This document shows positions 13,363-22,520 of a stretch of 26,484 nucleotides of DNA, piece by piece. Both the position numbers and the translations under genes were made by a program. How positions within the stretch are numbered: position 1 is the first letter of the stretch; each line of letters opens with the position of its first letter. Origin of the DNA: Candidatus Krumholzibacteriia bacterium (lineage in GTDB: Bacteria > Krumholzibacteriota > Krumholzibacteriia > WVZY01 > JAKEHA01); assembly GCA_035620655.1 (NCBI GenBank), contig DASPGK010000278.1, positions 1 to 26,484 of the forward strand, in the 5' to 3' direction. The notes under the pieces were generated by a model. That model did not search any database and was not told the DNA's origin. It saw nothing but the letters and a program-made list of their open reading frames with translations.

Positions 13363-13392
13363 ACTATACCGCAGTCGAAGGTCCCTTCGCAA
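13363..13392 (-). promoter_or_regulatory. Predicted dnaN promoter
   Basis: TTGCGA (13392-13387), 18 nt, TATAGT (13368-13363). Confidence 0.55.
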
Positions 13393-13399
13393 GGAAGCT

Positions 13400-13861
13400 G
13401 TGGCTGTTGCGAACAGGTTTTTCGGTTCCTGGTTACTTGTGGTGCCATCAACCCGGGTCTCCCGGGATGGGTAACCGTGTGGTGCCCTTTCCGCGCGTGC
13501 TTCCTACTGATGGATCGAATGATATATCCAATCGCAGTAGCAGTAGGGTTGTGGAGATGTGGAACAAAGAAGAGCAACCAAGCCTGGTCCAGCGCGTTGC
13601 ACGGTGTGAACGCCGTGGACGGACCGGGGAGTGTGTGTTGAAAAGACCGCGAACCCTCCCCATGGGATAACTTCCCACACACTATCCACACGAGATATCC
13701 CGAGTATTGTGGAGAAACCAAAGGGTGACAACGTGACAGCCCGACTCGTACCAATATGCAAAGAGGCCGGGAAGTGGGCCATGAATCCGCCGCTCCAGCG
13801 AGCGAATCCGCGTCCCGTCCCCGGCCCCTTTTTGCCGCACACCTCTGTGGCTAGCGAACTC
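13400..13861. other. oriC, dnaA-dnaN part (DnaA boxes plus unwinding element)
   Basis: Long non-coding, lower-GC gap. Boxes: TGTGGAGAT 13550-13558, TGTGGAACA 13558-13566, TGTTGAAAA 13636-13644, CTTCCCACA 13671-13679, CTATCCACA 13682-13690, TGTGGAGAA 13708-13716, TGTGGCTAG 13846-13854. Trio-like CAGTAGCAGTAG at 13535-13546. Confidence 0.85.
13760..13833. terminator. Stem-loop downstream of dnaA (possible terminator or RNA stability element)
   Basis: Arms AAAGAGGCCGGG (13760-13771) and CCCGGCCCCTTT (13820-13831) form 12 bp with one G-U pair on the minus-strand RNA and enclose a CGCTC/GAGCG hairpin. The U-tract is short on the dnaA strand. Confidence 0.35.
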
Positions 13862-15217
13862 TTACGACGAAAGCTCCTTCCGAAGCTGCCCAATGGTCGA
13901 GCGAAGCGAGACGTCGCGCTCGATCATGTCGGAGATCTTCTGGCAAGCGTGGATCACGGTGGTGTGGTCGCGCCCGCCGAAGCGCTGTCCGATCTGCGCC
14001 AGCGACGCGGACGTCATGTCGCGGGCGAGGAAGATGGCTACCTGGCGCGGGAACGCGAGCCGGGCCGTGCGCACCTTCGACCGCATCGACTCCACGGGGA
14101 CCCGGTAGTGCTGCGACACCACCTTCTGGATCAAGGTGATGCTGGTCTTCTTGGGCGTGGACTTGATGAAGTCCTTGAGAACGTCGCGCGCGATCTCGCC
14201 GGTGATCTCTTGTTTGTACACGCTCGCGTGCACCAACAACTTGACCAGGCTGCCCTCGAGCTCGCGGATGTTGCTCTTGACCGAATCGGCGATCAAGGCC
14301 AGGACATCGTCCGGGATGGAGATGTTCTCGCGCTCCACCTTGCGACGCAGGATCGCGAGCCGCGTTTCGTAGTCCGGGGGCTGGATGTCCGTGATGAGCC
14401 CCCACTCGAAGCGCGATACCAATCGATCCTCGAGGGTCGGGATCTCCTTGGGAGGCCGGTCACTCGTCACCACGATCTGGCGATTGGCGCCGTGGAGCGC
14501 GTTGAAGGTGTGGAAGAACTCCTCCTGCGTGCTCTCCTTGCCGGCCAGGAACTGGACGTCGTCGATCAGCAAGAGGTCGACGTTCCGGTACTTGGTGCGA
14601 AACTCGTGACCATTCGCCTGGCGGATCGCCATGATCATTTCGTTCATGAACGATTCGGCGGACGAGTAATGGACGCGCGCAGTCGGGTGGCTCTTCAAGA
14701 CCACGTGACCGATGGCCTGCATGAGGTGCGTCTTTCCGAGCCCGACGCCGCCGTAGATGAAAAGCGGGTTGTACACCTGCGCGGGCCGTTCCGAAACCGC
14801 CATGCACGCGGCGTACGTCATGCGGCTGTTACTGCCGACGACGAATTCGTCGAAGACGTACTTGGGGTTGAGCCGCTCACCCTCGAGCGCGGGCTTGCGC
14901 GCGCGCGGCGCCATGGGCGCGGGAACGAGCTCGGCGCGCCGCGGCGAGATATCGGGTGGCGCGTCGTTCGCGTTATGGAGCGAGATCTGCGGGTCGGTTC
15001 CTAGAACCTGCCGCAGCGCAAAAGCGATTTTCTCGGAGTGGTGCTCGCTCACCCAATCGACGAAGAACTTGTTCGGGCAGTCGAGGACCACTTTGGATCC
15101 ATCGACCGCGTTCAAGCGCATCGGCTTGAACCACGTTTCGAACGTTTGCTTGTTGACCAACGTGGCCACGGTAGCCAGGAACTCGGACCACATGTGGTCG
15201 CGGGAGGAAACCGACAT
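13862..15217 (-). CDS. dnaA: Chromosomal replication initiator DnaA
   Basis: TFETWFKP, YNPLFIYGGVGLGKTHL, LLIDDVQFLAGKE, SRFEWGL, RELEG and FGGRDHTTVIHA. Confidence 0.99.
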   Translation of the reverse strand: MSVSSRDHMWSEFLATVATLVNKQTFETWFKPMRLNAVDGSKVVLDCPNKFFVDWVSEHHSEKIAFALRQVLGTDPQISLHNANDAPPDISPRRAELVPAPMAPRARKPALEGERLNPKYVFDEFVVGSNSRMTYAACMAVSERPAQVYNPLFIYGGVGLGKTHLMQAIGHVVLKSHPTARVHYSSAESFMNEMIMAIRQANGHEFRTKYRNVDLLLIDDVQFLAGKESTQEEFFHTFNALHGANRQIVVTSDRPPKEIPTLEDRLVSRFEWGLITDIQPPDYETRLAILRRKVERENISIPDDVLALIADSVKSNIRELEGSLVKLLVHASVYKQEITGEIARDVLKDFIKSTPKKTSITLIQKVVSQHYRVPVESMRSKVRTARLAFPRQVAIFLARDMTSASLAQIGQRFGGRDHTTVIHACQKISDMIERDVSLRSTIGQLRKELSS

Positions 15218-15390
15218 GGATAGTACCCTTTCTCCCTCGGAGTGACTCCGATGCGAGACGGCCGGAATGCGACCGAAAACGCAATCCCTTCACCAACATC
15301 GTTGCGATCACCGTCACCGCGCGGCTGCGCGCGGGCGAAAACTCTTGAAAGAACGCCGGTTCGGACATTCCCCGGCGGAACCGAAGGGCG

Positions 15391-15669
15391 TTATCCACAA
15401 ATGTGGATAATCACCTAATCTATTGTGGACAAGCGGGATGCGAGGCAAAAAGGGGCCGTCTTCGCGAAGTTGTCCACAGACCGTGACTCAAAGACCAAGC
15501 TGAATTAATCGGGAAAGACCAAAGCCCCAGACCGAAGATGCAACGGCCGCGAAGGTAGCAAAGTGTGAAGAAGCGCTTCAAGAGCGAAAACGAGTTGCTC
15601 ACAGGAACAGACAAGTCGCGTTTCGAAAGCCGGTTGCGCGGCGATTGCCTGTGGATAAGATGTGGGTTT
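15391..15669. promoter_or_regulatory. DnaA-box cluster upstream of dnaA (oriC, rpmH-dnaA part; dnaA autoregulation)
   Basis: Perfect boxes TTATCCACA 15391-15399, TGTGGATAA 15402-15410 and TGTGGATAA 15650-15658. Near matches TGTGGACAA 15424-15432, TTGTCCACA 15470-15478, TGTGAAGAA 15564-15572 and TTGCTCACA 15595-15603. Confidence 0.88.
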
Positions 15670-15687
15670 CCTCCTCCGCGACGGGGC

Positions 15688-15716
15688 TTGACGACGCCGC
15701 GTGCTTGGTCTAAAGT
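15688..15716 (+). promoter_or_regulatory. Predicted sigma70 promoter for the rpmH operon
   Basis: TTGACG (15688-15693), 17 nt, TAAAGT (15711-15716). Confidence 0.7.
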
Positions 15717-15814
15717 CACCCCCTTCGGTCCAGTATGCAAGCCCGGCACGCGCGAGCGGCATTCGGTCGTGGTCGCCGGCGGGCCCAACCAAACGAACCT
15801 AGGGATTCACGATC

Positions 15815-15949
15815 ATGAAGCGCACATTTCAGCCTCGCAACCTCAAACGTAAACGCGAGCACGGGTTCCGCAAGCGCATGAGCACGCGCGGCGGCCGGCT
15901 CGTTCTGAAGAGACGCCGGGCGAAGGGCCGCAAGCGCCTGGCCGCGTAG
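15815..15949 (+). CDS. rpmH: 50S ribosomal protein bL34
   Basis: Missed by the ORF track (44 aa). Translated by hand as [44 protein letters not shown]. Confidence 0.98.
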   Translation: MKRTFQPRNLKRKREHGFRKRMSTRGGRLVLKRRRAKGRKRLAA

Positions 15950-15971
15950 CGAGAACCGAAGGACCACGGAC

Positions 15972-16376
15972 GTGAGCCCGGCCAAGCAACCGTCGGGCGC
16001 AGACCGGGGCCGGTCGGCTCACGCGAAGCGGCGACGCGTGCGGACCTTGACGCACGCCTGGCAGTTTCGTCGCTGCTACGATTCCGGAAAGAAGCTCGTC
16101 GCCCGACACGCCGTGATTTTCCTCCATCCGTCCGAAGCGGATGATGGACTGCGCGTCGGTGTCGTCGCCAGCCGCAAGGTCGGCGGCGCCGTCAGGCGAA
16201 ACCGTGCGAAGCGGCTCTTGCGCGAAACCGCGCGCCGCATCGCTCCAAAATGGATTGATCGTCACATATGGGTCGTCCTGGTCGCGAAGGCGTCGATCGT
16301 CGATGCGCGCGCCGACGAGATCGAGGACGACATCGGGCGAGCGCTCATCGCGGGTGGCGAGCTCGACATCGAATAA
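15972..16376 (+). CDS. rnpA: RNase P protein component
   Basis: [35 protein letters not shown] (RNR motif), directly after rpmH. Confidence 0.95.
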   Translation: MSPAKQPSGADRGRSAHAKRRRVRTLTHAWQFRRCYDSGKKLVARHAVIFLHPSEADDGLRVGVVASRKVGGAVRRNRAKRLLRETARRIAPKWIDRHIWVVLVAKASIVDARADEIEDDIGRALIAGGELDIE

Positions 16377-16399
16377 TCGTCACAGGAAGTGATCGTCAC

Positions 16400-16690
16400 A
16401 TGCGATTCCCGCCCGCTGCGATGCTTCGCGCATCGCTCTTGGCCTTGATTGCCGGCTATCGCCGGCTGGTTTCCCCGCTTCTGCCTCCCGCGTGCCGGTT
16501 CCATCCGAGCTGCTCGGAATATGCGTCCGAGGCGATCGCGCGCCACGGCGTGGTTCGCGGCGGCGTGCTCGCGGCCGGCCGCCTCGCGCGCTGTCACCCC
16601 TGGTGCGAGGGCGGTATCGATCCGGTTCCGCCTGCTCGTGGCTCGCGCGAGGCGAATGCCCGCGCGCCCCGCGTGGAAGGTGTCCGATGA
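16400..16690 (+). CDS. yidD: Membrane protein insertion efficiency factor YidD
   Basis: [23 protein letters not shown]...[21 protein letters not shown] 16400 (or 16421) lies within the longer ORF-track frame. Confidence 0.93.
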   Translation: MRFPPAAMLRASLLALIAGYRRLVSPLLPPACRFHPSCSEYASEAIARHGVVRGGVLAAGRLARCHPWCEGGIDPVPPARGSREANARAPRVEGVR

Positions 16691-18534
16691 GCAAGACCTT
16701 CGGGATGGAACGCCGCGCGTTGCTCGCGTTCGCGGCCTCGATGGCGCTGTTTCTCTTGTACGACGCGCTTTATCTCGCGCCCAAGATGCGCGAAGAGCGC
16801 GCGCGCCGCGAAGCCGTCCAGCTCGAAGAGGCGCAAAAGATCGCGCGTCTCCAGAAGGTCGACGCGTCCCGCGACACGCTGTCGGTCGGAGGCGACCAGC
16901 CTGCGCTGGTGCCGGCGCCGGCGGGAGATTCGCTTTCGATGGCGTTTGCGCCCGCCGATACGGGCATCGCCGCGGACGAACCGTCCCAGCGCATCGTGGT
17001 GGCCTCTCCGCTCTTCGAGATCACGCTCGACACGCGCGGCGCGTCCATCGAAGGGGTTCATCTCTTGCGCTTCGCCGGAGCGAACGGACCGGTCGAGCTC
17101 TTGCCGCCGGGCGACAGCTGGTCGGGCGATCGCATGTTGTCGGCGACCATTCGCGGGTCGGCGCGCGAGCTCGCGGTCGAGAAGATCGTGTTCGAGGCGA
17201 GCGCCGGGCGGCAGGCGCTATCCGACGGCGCCCGCGTGAATGTCGCCGCCGGCGACTCCGTCGACGTCGTATTTCGCGCGGCGGGTCCGGGCGGCATGAT
17301 CGAGCGCGCGTATCGTTTCTACGGCGACCGCTACGATTTCCGCACCACGCTGCGCGCGAGCGAAGCGCTCGTCCCCGGCGCTGAAACGGTGGCGTGGAGC
17401 TTTGGTCCCGGACTCACCGCCACCGAAAAGAACGCGCGCGACGACCAGTCGAAATTCCGTGCGTCGGTGCTCCTGGGGCAGGAATTCCACCGCAAGCACC
17501 CCGGCGACTTCGGCCGCGCCAACGTCGAAAAATTCAGCGGGACGCTCAACTGGGCCAGCCTGCAAACCAAGTATTTTCTAGCCGCCGTCATCCCGCCGCA
17601 GCCGGTGCGCGCGGAGATCGAGATGTCGGGGATCAAGTCGGAGCACCGCGTCTCGCAGAGCGTGGCGATCCCGGCCACGGTTGCGCGCGGCGAGATCACG
17701 AGCGAGTTGCGCGGATTCTTCGGACCGCTGGACTTCAAGCTGGTCGAAGGCCTCGGTGTCGGCCTCGAGAAGAACGTCGAGTTCGGCTGGAAGTTCATCC
17801 GGCCGGTCAGTGTGGCGGTCTTGTGGTCGATGAACGCGCTCCACAAGGTGATTCCCAACTACGGCTGGGTGATCGTCATCATCTCGATTTTGACCAAGGT
17901 CCTTTTCTATCGGCTCACCCACAAGAGCTTCAAGTCGATGAAGGAGATGCAGGATCTCCAGCCGCGCATCGCGGCGCTCAAGGAGAAGTTTGGCAGCGAT
18001 CGTCGTCGCTTGAGCGAAGAGACGATGAAGCTGTACAAGGAAGCCGGCGTCAATCCGCTGGGCGGTTGCCTGCCGATGCTGCTCCAGATGCCGGTCTTCA
18101 TCGCCTTGTTCAACGTACTGAGCCACGCCATCGAGCTGCGCGGCGCGCCCTGGATCGCGTGGATCAACGACCTCTCGCAGCAGGACGTGCTGTTCAAGCT
18201 GCCGGCGTCGCTGCCGCTCGTCGGCGACGCTTTCAGTCTCTTGCCGCTCTTGATGGGTGCGTCGATGTGGGCGCAGTCGAAGCTCGGAGGCTCGCCGACC
18301 GGCCAGCCGGGCAATCCGATGCCGCCCGGGTTCAACACGATCCTCCCGATCGTGTTCACGTTCCTATTCTACAAGATGCCGTCCGGGCTGGTGATCTACT
18401 GGATCATCAACACCGCTCTCTCGGTGGCCCAGCAGTACTACATCGTGAAGAGCCACAAGGCGCCAGCACTCGCCGTGGTGCCGGAGTCGGCTGCGCCCAG
18501 CGGAAAGAAGCGCCGCGCCCGCAAGAGCTCGTAG
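16687..18534 (+). CDS. yidC: Membrane protein insertase YidC
   Basis: ATG overlaps the yidD stop (ATGA). N-terminal TM, large periplasmic domain, [46 protein letters not shown] and a basic tail KKRRARK. Confidence 0.97.
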   Translation: MSKTFGMERRALLAFAASMALFLLYDALYLAPKMREERARREAVQLEEAQKIARLQKVDASRDTLSVGGDQPALVPAPAGDSLSMAFAPADTGIAADEPSQRIVVASPLFEITLDTRGASIEGVHLLRFAGANGPVELLPPGDSWSGDRMLSATIRGSARELAVEKIVFEASAGRQALSDGARVNVAAGDSVDVVFRAAGPGGMIERAYRFYGDRYDFRTTLRASEALVPGAETVAWSFGPGLTATEKNARDDQSKFRASVLLGQEFHRKHPGDFGRANVEKFSGTLNWASLQTKYFLAAVIPPQPVRAEIEMSGIKSEHRVSQSVAIPATVARGEITSELRGFFGPLDFKLVEGLGVGLEKNVEFGWKFIRPVSVAVLWSMNALHKVIPNYGWVIVIISILTKVLFYRLTHKSFKSMKEMQDLQPRIAALKEKFGSDRRRLSEETMKLYKEAGVNPLGGCLPMLLQMPVFIALFNVLSHAIELRGAPWIAWINDLSQQDVLFKLPASLPLVGDAFSLLPLLMGASMWAQSKLGGSPTGQPGNPMPPGFNTILPIVFTFLFYKMPSGLVIYWIINTALSVAQQYYIVKSHKAPALAVVPESAAPSGKKRRARKSS

Positions 18535-18544
18535 GCGAATCACC

Positions 18545-19222
18545 ATGGCGCATTCCGTCGAGACCACCGGCAAGACCATCGACCAGGCGCTCGAGAAGGC
18601 TCTGAAGGAGCTCGGCGCGCGCAAGGACGAGGTCGACATCGAAGTCCTTTCGGAGACGCACGGCGGCCTGCTGGGCATCTTCGGGGGGAAGATGGTGCGC
18701 ATCCGCGTGACCTCCAAGAACGCGAAGGCGCCCGCGGGTGCCGCGGAAGGCGCCGACGTGGTCCGCTCCGTGATCGGCGACGTGCTCGGATTCATGGGCG
18801 TCGAATACACGCTTTCCATCGAAGAATCCGACGACACCACGTTCGTGAACATCAACTCGAGCGGACTCGATGGATTGCTGATCGGGCGGCGCGGCGAAAC
18901 CCTCGCGTCGATCCAGCACGTGGTCAATCGCATCTTCACGAAACGGACCGGCCGCCACAGCAAAATCACCGTGGACGTGGGCGGCTACGTGCGACGCAAG
19001 CACCGCCTCCTGGTGGAGAAAGCGCAGAAGCTCGCCGAGCGCGTCAGCAAGACCCAGAAAGAGTACGACTTCGAACCGCTCAAGGCGTCGGAGCGGCGCA
19101 TCATCCACCTCGCGGTGGCGGACTTCGACGACGTGACGACGTACACGATCGGCGACGGTCTCCTGCGCAAGGTCGTCATCTCCCCCAAGACGTCGGCGAC
19201 CGACGACCTGCCGCGGGATTGA
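18545..19222 (+). CDS. jag: Jag / EloR / KhpB RNA-binding protein (Jag_N, KH, R3H)
   Basis: TGKTIDQALEKALKEL, KH motif LLIGRRGETL, R3H motif ERRIIH; usual position after yidC. Confidence 0.93.
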   Translation: MAHSVETTGKTIDQALEKALKELGARKDEVDIEVLSETHGGLLGIFGGKMVRIRVTSKNAKAPAGAAEGADVVRSVIGDVLGFMGVEYTLSIEESDDTTFVNINSSGLDGLLIGRRGETLASIQHVVNRIFTKRTGRHSKITVDVGGYVRRKHRLLVEKAQKLAERVSKTQKEYDFEPLKASERRIIHLAVADFDDVTTYTIGDGLLRKVVISPKTSATDDLPRD

Positions 19223-19251
19223 GGCTGTCGCTGCGGGCGAGCCTCGCCCGG

Positions 19252-19280
19252 TTGCGCAGATGCTTCGCCGTTCGTAGATT
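19252..19280 (+). promoter_or_regulatory. Possible promoter for the TBDR-lipoprotein pair
   Basis: TTGCGC (19252-19257), 17 nt, TAGATT (19275-19280), in the gap between jag and ATG 19321. Confidence 0.3.
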
Positions 19281-19320
19281 GCGTCCAGCAGACCTCGGCT
19301 CCCCTGCCGTCGTGAATCCC

Positions 19321-21585
19321 ATGCGTGGTCCCGTGCCCATCGTTGCCCTGCTGGCTATGTTGCTTCCGTACGCCGTGGAAGCCGCGAGCCTGTTGGGTGT
19401 GGTGCGCGCGCGTGACACCGGCGCGCCGATCGGCTTCGTCAATGTTCAGGTGTCCGGCCGCTCGCAGGCGGGAGCCGTCATTCAAGGCGGGGTGCTCGCG
19501 GGCGAGAACGGCAGCTACCTCATCGAGCCGCTCCCGCTGGGGCGATACCGCGTCGCGTTCACGCGCGTGGGCTATCGCGCGCGCGAGGACAGCGTGATCG
19601 TGGCCGAAGAGCGAACGTACGTCCTCGATATCGCGCTGGAGCTCGAGCCCGTGCAGATCGAGGGCGTGCGCGTCGAAGCCGACACGGATCGCGAGTTCAC
19701 CGAAACCGAAGACGTGCAGACCGGCTTCGTGTCGATCCGGGCCGACCGGCTTTCGTCGCTGCCCGGGATCGCCGAGGGCGATCCCGTGCGCGCACTGGAT
19801 CTGTTTCCCGGCGTGCAGTCCGCGTCGGACTTTTCGAGCGCGCTGTACGTACGCGGCGGCGGACCCGATCAGACGCTCGTGCTCTTGGACCAGGCCACCG
19901 TCTACAATCCCACGCACGCGTTCGGATTCTTCTCCACCTTCAACGCCGACGCCACCGGCGACGTGAATCTGTACAAGGGAGCGTACCCCGCCGAGCACGG
20001 TGGCCGGCTGGGCGCGGTGCTCGACGTGCGGTCGCGCGAGGCGCGCGCGCAAGAATTCCTCGGCAAGGTGGGGATCAGCACCATCGCGTCGCGCGTTGCG
20101 CTGGACGGCGCGGTGCGAAGCGGGTCGTGGTCGGTCAGCGCGCGTCGCACCCATCTGGAGCCGATGCTCGACGCCATTCGCGACGAGGACACCGAAGTCC
20201 CGGACTATTTCTTCTACGATCTCAACGGCAAGATCTCGCTGCCGACCGGCGGAGGGCGCTTCGACGTGTCGGTCTACCACGGGCGCGACGACCTCGATTT
20301 CTTTCCCGGCGGCGACACCTCGCTCGAGCTGCGGTGGGGCAACACGGTGGCGACGGCCGCATTCATGCGCGCGTTGAGCGACCGCCTCATCGTCAGCGCG
20401 CGCGCGTCCTTTAGCGACTACGAGAGCAATACGGTCGCGAGTGCATTCGCGACCCCCGCGACCTTCGAGAACGCGGTGCAAGACATCACGGTCGGCGGCG
20501 ACGTGAAGTGGGAGGCGAGCCTTCGTCACACCTTCACGGCCGGGCTGCAAGCATCGACCTACGACGTCGCGTTCTCGCAGACGTTCAACGGCCAACTGGT
20601 CGACGACTACCGGCGCGAGCCCGTCGAGGTGGCCGCGTTCCTCGAAGACCGCTGGACGCCGTGGGGCGATACCGCGTTCGACCTCGGCATGCGCGCGCGC
20701 TACATCGACGACGGCGAGCGCTATCTCTTCGAGCCGCGCGTCGCGTTCGCGCAGGTGTTCCGGCCCGACCTGCGCGTGAAAGTGGGGGCGGGCATCTATC
20801 ATCAGTACCTCCAGCTCGTCGCGACCGAAGCGGTCGCGGCCGTGGACTTCTACGTCCCCATCGACGAGACGGCACCGCTGGGACGCTCGTGGCAACTCGT
20901 CGCCGGCGCCGACTGGCGCTGGAAACCGTCGGTGTTGTTTTCGATCGAGGGCTACTACACCGACCTCGAGAACCTCGTGCTGCTCGACAACACGTCGACC
21001 GTGAACGTGGAGGTCGAAACCGCCGACGACTTGTTCTACTTGGGCGGCGACGGATACGCGGCGGGCGTGGAGCTGTTTGCGCGCCGCGACATGGGCTCGG
21101 TCACCGGTTGGATCGGCTACACGCTGGGCTGGACGCGACGCGCCTTCCCCGAGATCGAAGACGGCGAGACCTTCGCGCCCAAGTACGACCGCCGCCACGA
21201 TATCAGTGCGGTGGCCGAACACCGGCGCGGCCCGTGGCGCTTCACGGGTTCCTTCGTGTTCGCGACCGGCCAGGCGTTCACGCCCGTTTCCGGCCGCTAC
21301 TCGCTGCGCGACCCGACTACGGGTGTCGTCCCGAGCGACATCCAGTTGCTCTACGCCGACAAGAACAGCGCGCGCCTGCTCGCGTACAACCGGCTCGACC
21401 TGGGTGTCGCGCGCGACTTCTCGTTCTTCGGAGCCAAGGCGGAATGGTTGATCGAAGTGTTCAACGTCTACAGCCGCCGCAACGAGTGGTTCGTCGAGTA
21501 TCAGCGCGACGAGGAAGTCGTCGACGCGGAGGTCATTCGCATGTTGCCCATTATTCCGAGCATCGGGATCAACGTATGGTTCTAA
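19321..21585 (+). CDS. TonB-dependent receptor with an N-terminal carboxypeptidase-regulatory-like domain
   Basis: Signal peptide MRGPVPIVALLAMLLPYAVEA, LLGVVRARDTGAPIGFVNV, plug region LFPGVQ...LYVRGGGPDQTLVLLDQ, YKGAYPAEHGGRLGAVLDV, amphipathic beta strands and a terminal aromatic GINVWF. ATG 19321 preferred over TTG 19219. Confidence 0.9.
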   Translation: MRGPVPIVALLAMLLPYAVEAASLLGVVRARDTGAPIGFVNVQVSGRSQAGAVIQGGVLAGENGSYLIEPLPLGRYRVAFTRVGYRAREDSVIVAEERTYVLDIALELEPVQIEGVRVEADTDREFTETEDVQTGFVSIRADRLSSLPGIAEGDPVRALDLFPGVQSASDFSSALYVRGGGPDQTLVLLDQATVYNPTHAFGFFSTFNADATGDVNLYKGAYPAEHGGRLGAVLDVRSREARAQEFLGKVGISTIASRVALDGAVRSGSWSVSARRTHLEPMLDAIRDEDTEVPDYFFYDLNGKISLPTGGGRFDVSVYHGRDDLDFFPGGDTSLELRWGNTVATAAFMRALSDRLIVSARASFSDYESNTVASAFATPATFENAVQDITVGGDVKWEASLRHTFTAGLQASTYDVAFSQTFNGQLVDDYRREPVEVAAFLEDRWTPWGDTAFDLGMRARYIDDGERYLFEPRVAFAQVFRPDLRVKVGAGIYHQYLQLVATEAVAAVDFYVPIDETAPLGRSWQLVAGADWRWKPSVLFSIEGYYTDLENLVLLDNTSTVNVEVETADDLFYLGGDGYAAGVELFARRDMGSVTGWIGYTLGWTRRAFPEIEDGETFAPKYDRRHDISAVAEHRRGPWRFTGSFVFATGQAFTPVSGRYSLRDPTTGVVPSDIQLLYADKNSARLLAYNRLDLGVARDFSFFGAKAEWLIEVFNVYSRRNEWFVEYQRDEEVVDAEVIRMLPIIPSIGINVWF

Positions 21586-22514
21586 AGCGCGCGCGCATAC
21601 TCGCAGTGGGCATCGCTGTGTGGGCGCTCTCGTGCTCTCCGGAGCGCGAGGGCAGCGAGCTGTTTGCGCCCGGAGGCCTCGGTATTCCCGTGGTCGACGC
21701 GGTCCTGGTGGTGGGGCAGCCGTTCAGCGACGTCTACCTCTCGCAGACCCTCGCCCCCGATGAGCGGTTCACGCGCGAGCGGGCGGGTCTCAACGGCGCG
21801 ACGGTGACCATCGAGGACGGTGCGCGCGTCATTCCGTACACGTCCATGGGGGTGCGCGGTTGGTACCGGTCGGGTGCGCCCGACATCGTGCAGGCGTCGA
21901 CGACGTATCGCTTCACGGCGACCCTCACCGACGGCCGCGTCGTGCGCGCGACGACGACGACGCCCGCGCGTCTCTCCGTTCGCGAGTGGGTACTCCTCGA
22001 CGAATCGGGCACAAACGTCCTGCAAACGCTCGCGACCTTCGAAGAGCACGGCGACACCGTATACTTCGAACCGCAGAACCAGCTCGTGTATCCGGAGAAC
22101 ATCCTCGCGGCCGTCTTGGACGACCAATCCACCGCCGGGTATCAAATCGGACTCATCAACCTCGAGACGGACTCGCCGCTCTTGATCGACGCGGACTTTC
22201 TCGAGCCGGACGACCTCGAGGACTTCAAGCGGACCAACTCGTCTCCACCGCTCAATTACGAATCGACGCTGCGGATCCCGTGGCTCGCGATCTATTACGA
22301 GGGGCGGTACAACCTGCGCGTCGTCGCGCTGGACCGCAATTGGTACGACATCGCGCGCACGGATCCGGCCATCGGCGGCGGGGGATTCGGTTTCGGGGGC
22401 GAAGCGGGAGACACCTCGAAGCGCCCCATCTTTCACGTCGAAGGCGGCATCGGCGTCTTCGGATCGGTGTCGTCGGACTCGGTCGGCTTCTACGTGAACC
22501 CGCCCGCGCAGTGA
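21576..22514 (+). CDS. Lipoprotein, DUF4249-like
   Basis: ATG overlaps the end of the TBDR gene. MVLKRARILAVGIAVWALSC has a lipobox. PVVDAVL near the N-terminus and HVEGGIGVFGS at the C-terminus resemble DUF4249 proteins that typically follow such receptors. The ORF-track start at 20508 is an upstream extension of the frame. Confidence 0.75.
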   Translation: MVLKRARILAVGIAVWALSCSPEREGSELFAPGGLGIPVVDAVLVVGQPFSDVYLSQTLAPDERFTRERAGLNGATVTIEDGARVIPYTSMGVRGWYRSGAPDIVQASTTYRFTATLTDGRVVRATTTTPARLSVREWVLLDESGTNVLQTLATFEEHGDTVYFEPQNQLVYPENILAAVLDDQSTAGYQIGLINLETDSPLLIDADFLEPDDLEDFKRTNSSPPLNYESTLRIPWLAIYYEGRYNLRVVALDRNWYDIARTDPAIGGGGFGFGGEAGDTSKRPIFHVEGGIGVFGSVSSDSVGFYVNPPAQ

Positions 22515-22520
22515 ACGCTG

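Noticed and set aside
13276-13893. Several 76-143 aa ORFs in the dnaA-dnaN gap
   Set aside because: They overlap DnaA boxes and trios on both strands, have no SD or family motifs, and the region is better explained as oriC.
13631-15004. 457-aa plus-strand ORF opposite dnaA
   Set aside because: Antisense shadow that starts inside the DnaA-box region.
15478-15533. Four AGACC pentamers upstream of dnaA
   Set aside because: Short, irregularly spaced (14, 24, 13 nt) and compatible with chance.
19219-19320. Arg-rich N-terminal extension of the TBDR from a TTG overlapping the jag stop
   Set aside because: A normal signal peptide starts at ATG 19321 and a promoter-like sequence lies within the extension.
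18985-21222. 745-aa minus-strand ORF opposite jag/TBDR, and similar ORFs opposite mnmE and mnmG
   Set aside because: Shadow ORFs with no independent motifs or start signals.
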